Part shown: piece by piece, positions 43,153 to 47,697 of the stretch
Layout: the number at the start of each line of letters is the position of its first letter
How positions within the stretch are numbered: the first letter of the stretch is position 1
Translations under genes and position numbers: made by a program
Notes under the pieces: generated by a model
What the model was told of the DNA's origin: nothing
What the model saw: only the letters and a program-made list of their open reading frames with translations
Databases searched by the model: none
Assembly (NCBI GenBank): GCA_002327305.1
Contig: DCUZ01000103.1
Coordinates: 18,102 to 65,798, forward strand
Origin: Holophagales bacterium UBA2201
GTDB lineage: Bacteria; Acidobacteriota; Thermoanaerobaculia; UBA2201
DNA: 47,697 nucleotides
Direction of reading: 5' to 3'

Positions 43153-44325
43153 ATGCCCGGCGTTCATCTGACCGACATTCTCCGCAACCTGATCCCCCTG
43201 CAGGACCCCCAGCCCCTCCTGGCCAAGGTCGCCGAGGCCGCCCGAAAGGTCTCCGGGGCGGACCGGTGCCTTTTGCTCCATTGGGAGGACCAGCCGCCGG
43301 GATGGAACCTCCTGGCGGTCCACCCGCCGGAAGCGGACCCTCCCATCCCCCTCGCCCCCGTCGCCCCGGGGGAGGCGTTGCGCGACCCGCGGGGCCTTTC
43401 CTGGACGCCCGACGACGGCGTCCCCTGCCCGTTCGGGCCCGATCCGCCGGGGACGGAGGCCCTCCTGACGGTCCCCCTTGTCCTCCCCTCCTCCAATGAA
43501 CTCTACGGAGTCCTCTGCGCGGAGCGGTCCGCCCCGGGAAGCCGTTTCGAGGGCCGGGCCCTCCACAGTCTTTCCACCTTCGGCAACCTGGCGGCGCTGT
43601 GCCTCGAGAACGCCATGCTTTTCGAACAGGCCAGCGTGGACGAGGTGACGCGGGCCTCCACCAAGGCCTTCTTCCTCAAACGGCTGGAGGAGGAGTACCA
43701 GCGCTCCCGGAGGACCGGGGTCCCCTTCGCCGTCTTCATGACCGACGTGGACGACTTCAAGAAAGTCAACGACGCCCACGGCCACCTGGCCGGGGACCGC
43801 ATCCTGCGCACCTTCGTCGAGACCCTCAAGGCCAACATCCGCGTCTACGACCTGGTGGGGCGGTACGGGGGCGACGAGTTCATGGTCCTGATGCCCGGGC
43901 TCGACCACCGGAACCTTTTCCCGGTGGCCCAGAAGATGAGCCGGGCCCTGCAGGCCGCCCGCTATCCCGTTCCGGGACGGGTCACCTTCTCCTTCGGCGG
44001 GGCGGTCCATCCCACCCACGGGGGGAACAGCGGGCTGGACCTGCTCCTGCAGGCGGACATGGCCCTCTACCAGGCCAAGGGGCAGGGGAAGGGGCGCATC
44101 GTCATCCTCGGGAGGGAAACCCCCATCCTCTCCGCCCTCTCCCCCCTCACGCGCGACGCCGCCACCCTGACGGTGGACACCAAGGCCGCGGCCTGCCTCG
44201 AGGACCTGGCGGACGAGCTGGTCAGGGCCGCGGAGGTCCTCCCCGCCGGCTCCGAATGCCCCCGGGTCCGGGAACTGGCGGGCCGTCTCCGCCAGCAGGT
44301 GCTGAGCGTCATCAAGGGGGAGTGA
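43153..44325 (+). CDS. GAF-domain diguanylate cyclase
   Basis: GAF-like N-terminus ending LAALCLENAMLF; DVDDFKKVNDAHGH; RxxD I-site (RVYD) and RYGGDEF; ADMALYQAK. Confidence 0.92.
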   Translation: MPGVHLTDILRNLIPLQDPQPLLAKVAEAARKVSGADRCLLLHWEDQPPGWNLLAVHPPEADPPIPLAPVAPGEALRDPRGLSWTPDDGVPCPFGPDPPGTEALLTVPLVLPSSNELYGVLCAERSAPGSRFEGRALHSLSTFGNLAALCLENAMLFEQASVDEVTRASTKAFFLKRLEEEYQRSRRTGVPFAVFMTDVDDFKKVNDAHGHLAGDRILRTFVETLKANIRVYDLVGRYGGDEFMVLMPGLDHRNLFPVAQKMSRALQAARYPVPGRVTFSFGGAVHPTHGGNSGLDLLLQADMALYQAKGQGKGRIVILGRETPILSALSPLTRDAATLTVDTKAAACLEDLADELVRAAEVLPAGSECPRVRELAGRLRQQVLSVIKGE

Positions 44326-45373
44326 CCCCCGACCCCGCCCCGCCCTCCTCCTCCGGGAGCCATCGGCGGACCGCCGCGAAGACCCCCCACGCGAGGAGGA
44401 TGCCGGCCACCGAGTCCACCAGATAGTGCCAGCCCGTGACGATCGAACCGATGAAGATCACCGCCACGCCGCCCCAGGCCAGCAGGCCCAGGGGACGGCT
44501 CAGCCGCATCACCCAAAGCGCCACCAGGGCCTGGTTGGCGTTGTGCATGCTGGGGATGGCCGCCACGCCGTAGAGGGGGTTGTATTGAAAATCGGCCGCG
44601 AACCGGAAGACCATCAGGTCCCGGTAGTTCTTCAGCAGCGCGGCCTGGCTCGCGGTGGTGATCCTCAGCCACTCGGCATGGGGCTGCCACACGCTGGGGA
44701 ACCAGTAGCACGGCCCCAGGGCGGGGAGGAGCACATGGAGCCAGCCCCCCAGGGTCCACAGGACCGTGTAGGAGGTGACGCAGGCGATCCGGAGGCGGCG
44801 GGAGGGCAGGACCGGGAAGAACATCATGGCGATGTAGAGCCCCGCCTTGAACACCTTGGCATAAGTCCAGTCCACCGCCTGCAGCGCCGCGGGCCGGCTG
44901 AAGAGTTCCAGAAAGAACAGGTTCGGGGAGTAGCCGAAGAAGAGCCGCTCCTCCCACTGCCAGACCGCCTGGTCCAGAATGACGGGATTCAGGAACGGAA
45001 CGTTCAGTTTGAGCCAGATGTAGACGTGGACGGTGAGGACGATGGCCAGCCAGATGCGCAGGGTCAGCCCCCACCAGGCGGGGCTCGTCCAGGCCCGCGC
45101 GCACCGGACCGCCCCGCGCCAGGAGCGCGCGCGCAGGCCCGCCCAGAGCGCCGTCAGCACCATCCCCGCCGGCAGGACCGGCAGGACCATGCGCCCCACG
45201 ACCTGGAGCGAGACGCCGAAGGTCCACGCCATCGGGCCCCACCCCTTGGCGAAAAACAGGAGGTGCATGGCCGCCACCATCCCCAGGAGCCAGATCTCGA
45301 AGAAGTGGAGGGAACGCGCGGCCCTCAGGCCGGCGGCCGCCGCTCGGAGGAAGGTGGGGAAGGGCGTGGGCAC
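44312..45373 (-). CDS. PAP2-family membrane phosphatase/phosphotransferase (IPC synthase/AUR1-like)
   Basis: LPALGP, AIPSMH, GWHYLVD motifs; multiple TMs. Confidence 0.85.
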   Translation of the reverse strand: MPTPFPTFLRAAAAGLRAARSLHFFEIWLLGMVAAMHLLFFAKGWGPMAWTFGVSLQVVGRMVLPVLPAGMVLTALWAGLRARSWRGAVRCARAWTSPAWWGLTLRIWLAIVLTVHVYIWLKLNVPFLNPVILDQAVWQWEERLFFGYSPNLFFLELFSRPAALQAVDWTYAKVFKAGLYIAMMFFPVLPSRRLRIACVTSYTVLWTLGGWLHVLLPALGPCYWFPSVWQPHAEWLRITTASQAALLKNYRDLMVFRFAADFQYNPLYGVAAIPSMHNANQALVALWVMRLSRPLGLLAWGGVAVIFIGSIVTGWHYLVDSVAGILLAWGVFAAVRRWLPEEEGGAGSGVTPP

Positions 45374-45412
45374 GCGCGAATTGTAGCATAGGAGGCGGGC
45401 CTCAAGACCGCA

Positions 45413-45442
45413 TTGACCCGGCGGGGGGGGTTGAGATACAAT
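45413..45442 (+). promoter_or_regulatory. sigma70-type promoter of the OPT transporter
   Basis: TTGACC-N18-TACAAT. Confidence 0.55.
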
Positions 45443-45476
45443 GGTCGGCCTTCACAATTTCAGCAGGGGGTATCGC

Positions 45477-47516
45477 ATGTCCGAAAACAAGTTCACGCCC
45501 TACGTCCCGGAAATAACCTCGATGCGGGAGTTCACCGCCCGGGCCCTCATCCTGGGCATCATCATGAGCGTGGTCCTGGGGGCGGCGAACGCCTACCTGG
45601 GCCTGAAAGCCGGGATGACCATCGCGGCCACCTACCCGGCCGCCGTCATCGGCATGGCGGTCCTCCGGATGATGCGGGGCAGCATCCTGGAGGAGAACTT
45701 CGCCAGGACCGTCGGAAGCATCGGCGAATCGGTCGCCGCGGGGGCCATCTTCACCATCCCCGCCTTCGTCATCCTGCACATCTGGTCCTTCAACACCTTC
45801 AAGGATTACATCGTCGCCACGGCCCTCATGATCGTGGGCGGCATCCTGGGCATCTTCTTCGTCACCATGCTCCGCCGGGTGATGGTGGAGGACCGGGACC
45901 TTCCCTTCCCCGAATCGGTCGCCGCCAGCGAGATCCACAAGGCGGGGCAGAAGGGCGCCGACGCGGCGGTCCAGCTGTTCCGGGCCATGGGCATCGGGGC
46001 ACTGGTGAAACTCCTGGCCGACCTGAACCTGTTTAAGGCCTCCAACGACTTCTTCGTCCACGTGGGGCAGATGGGACAGAGCCTGGTGCGGCTCGGCTTC
46101 AAGAAGGACGCGTACGCCATCGAGAAGCTGGGCGGCGTCTCCACCATCTCCGCCCCCGCCGTGAGCCCGGCGTACATGGGGGTGGGCTACATCATCGGCC
46201 CCGAGCTCGCCTCCCTCAACTTCGCGGGCGGCCTCCTGGCGTGGGGGCTCTTCGTCCCCCTCCTCATCTTCTTCATCGGCCCCTCCATGATGGAGACCTT
46301 CGCGGCGTCCATGGGCCTGGCCGCCGGGACCGATGCGGCCTGGGGGGCGCTGGCCGACCACCTGTGGAAGTTCATCGTCCGCCCCATCGCCGTGGGCGGC
46401 ATGCTCGTGGGGGCCTGCTACACGCTGTGGAAGATGCGCGCCAACCTGGGCGCCGGCCTCAAGCGGTCCGTGAGCGACCTCAAGAAATCCGCCGAGGCCC
46501 ACGAGGCGACCAGCCGGACCGACCGGGACATCAACTTCAAGACGGTCCTCCTGGGCATCGCCGTCACCTTCGTCCTGATGGTGCTTCTCTACTTCTACTT
46601 CTCCGGCACCATCGGCGGCGCCGTCATGGCGGCGCTGGTGATGCTGGTGACGGGGTTCTTCTTCGCCGCCGTCAGCGGCAACCTCGTGGGGATGATCGGT
46701 TCCTCCAACAACCCCATCTCCGGGCTCACCCTGGCCACCCTCATCGTGGCGGCCCTGACCATGGTGATCATCGGCGTCTCGGGCGTCCAGGGCATCGCCG
46801 CCGTGCTGGGCGTGGCGAGCGTGGTGTGCGTCTCCTCGGCCGTGGCCGGCGAGATGCTGCAGGACCTGAAGGTGGGGCACATCCTCGGCGGCACCCCCTG
46901 GAAGATGCAGGTGGGCGACCTCATCGGCGTGGTCATCGCCGGGGCCGTCATGTTCTTCCCCCTCTACGTCCTCCACTTCTCCAACATCAAGCAGGGCGGC
47001 ATCGGCTTCGGCGACCGGGCCCTGGCGGCCCCGCAGGCCGGCCTCATGGCCACCCTCTCCCAGGGGATCGTCGGCGGCGAGATGGCGTGGCCCCTCGTCC
47101 TCGTGGGCATCGTCATGGGCCTTTCCCTCATCCTGGTCAAGGTCAAGAGCCCCATGCTCTTCGCGGTGGGGATGTACCTGCCGCTGGAGACCACCTTCGC
47201 CATCTTCGTGGGCGGCGTCATCCGGGGCGTGGTGAACGCCATCGCCAAGCGGAGGCAGTACAACGCCGGGCAGAGCGCGCGGGTGGAGAACGCGGGGGTC
47301 CTGGCGGCGTCCGGCCTCATCGCCGGGGAGGCCCTCATGGGGCTGTTCGTCGCCGCCATTTTCTTCTTCCGGGAGAAGTTCTGGACCGTGACGGACCACC
47401 CCTTCGGGGTCCTCTCGGTGATTTTCGTCGCGCTCCTGGCGGCCTACCTGATCCTCATCCCCCTGCGGAAGGCCGGTTCCCCCGACGAGGAGGCCCCCCC
47501 GACCGCCGTGATGTAG
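45477..47516 (+). CDS. OPT family oligopeptide transporter
   Basis: EFTARALILG, ANAYLGLKAG, LPFPES, SNNPISG, QDLKVG, APQAGLM, ASGLIAGE. Confidence 0.94.
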   Translation: MSENKFTPYVPEITSMREFTARALILGIIMSVVLGAANAYLGLKAGMTIAATYPAAVIGMAVLRMMRGSILEENFARTVGSIGESVAAGAIFTIPAFVILHIWSFNTFKDYIVATALMIVGGILGIFFVTMLRRVMVEDRDLPFPESVAASEIHKAGQKGADAAVQLFRAMGIGALVKLLADLNLFKASNDFFVHVGQMGQSLVRLGFKKDAYAIEKLGGVSTISAPAVSPAYMGVGYIIGPELASLNFAGGLLAWGLFVPLLIFFIGPSMMETFAASMGLAAGTDAAWGALADHLWKFIVRPIAVGGMLVGACYTLWKMRANLGAGLKRSVSDLKKSAEAHEATSRTDRDINFKTVLLGIAVTFVLMVLLYFYFSGTIGGAVMAALVMLVTGFFFAAVSGNLVGMIGSSNNPISGLTLATLIVAALTMVIIGVSGVQGIAAVLGVASVVCVSSAVAGEMLQDLKVGHILGGTPWKMQVGDLIGVVIAGAVMFFPLYVLHFSNIKQGGIGFGDRALAAPQAGLMATLSQGIVGGEMAWPLVLVGIVMGLSLILVKVKSPMLFAVGMYLPLETTFAIFVGGVIRGVVNAIAKRRQYNAGQSARVENAGVLAASGLIAGEALMGLFVAAIFFFREKFWTVTDHPFGVLSVIFVALLAAYLILIPLRKAGSPDEEAPPTAVM

Positions 47517-47529
47517 GCCCCCCTCCCCC

Positions 47530-47697
47530 GTGAGCGAGCGGCCGGACCGAAAGCGGCTTCTCCTCCTGTTCTTTCTCTGCCTGATGCTGTGGCAGGTGGC
47601 GTTCAACACGCTCATCCTGCCACAGCATTCGTTCATCAAGTATCCCCTCAACGCCCTCAAGTTCCTCGAACACCCCGAGCCGGACGAGCGCTGGCTC
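47530..47697 (+). CDS. Membrane protein, 3'-truncated by window edge
   Basis: GTG 13 nt after the OPT stop, open to the window end: MSERPDRKRLLLLFFLCLMLWQVAFNTLIL... Confidence 0.65.
   Translation, partial: MSERPDRKRLLLLFFLCLMLWQVAFNTLILPQHSFIKYPLNALKFLEHPEPDERWL

Overview
High-GC chromosomal segment from a diderm bacterium. Gene content and the GspG-like pilin style suggest Acidobacteriota or a related lineage; this is inference only. Left to right: the end of a MacB/LolCDE-type ABC operon whose gene junctions carry inverted heptamer arrays, one of which encloses REP-like palindromes and an AT-rich secreted-protein gene with an in-frame TGA. Then a ferritin-like/PAS/GGDEF cyclase, an SDR, a radical SAM protein, a REP-bracketed MocR regulator, a PAS-SpoIIE phosphatase, and a cobalamin riboswitch with a BtuB-like receptor. 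Then a TPR membrane protein, purC, sua5, a WcaJ-like transferase, an M1 peptidase, lepB, GT2/LAB_N/ArnT-like glycosylation genes and an acyl-CoA dehydrogenase. The main feature is a sigma-54-controlled type IV pilus locus on the minus strand: major pilin, M20 peptidase, YfhO-like GT-C, pilD, PilS-like kinase, fimT-pilV-pilW-pilX and a PilR-like regulator. Its PilW-like (~1111 aa) and PilX-like (717 aa) minor pilins are giant, Cys-rich and multidomain, and there is no pilY1 in the cassette. The window ends with a second M20 peptidase, a GAF-GGDEF protein, a PAP2 protein, an OPT transporter and a truncated membrane-protein gene. Several genes have a -10 box 6-8 nt before the start codon, suggesting leaderless mRNAs. 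No rRNA, tRNA, CRISPR array or transposase was seen. All family calls come from motif recognition by eye, not database searches.
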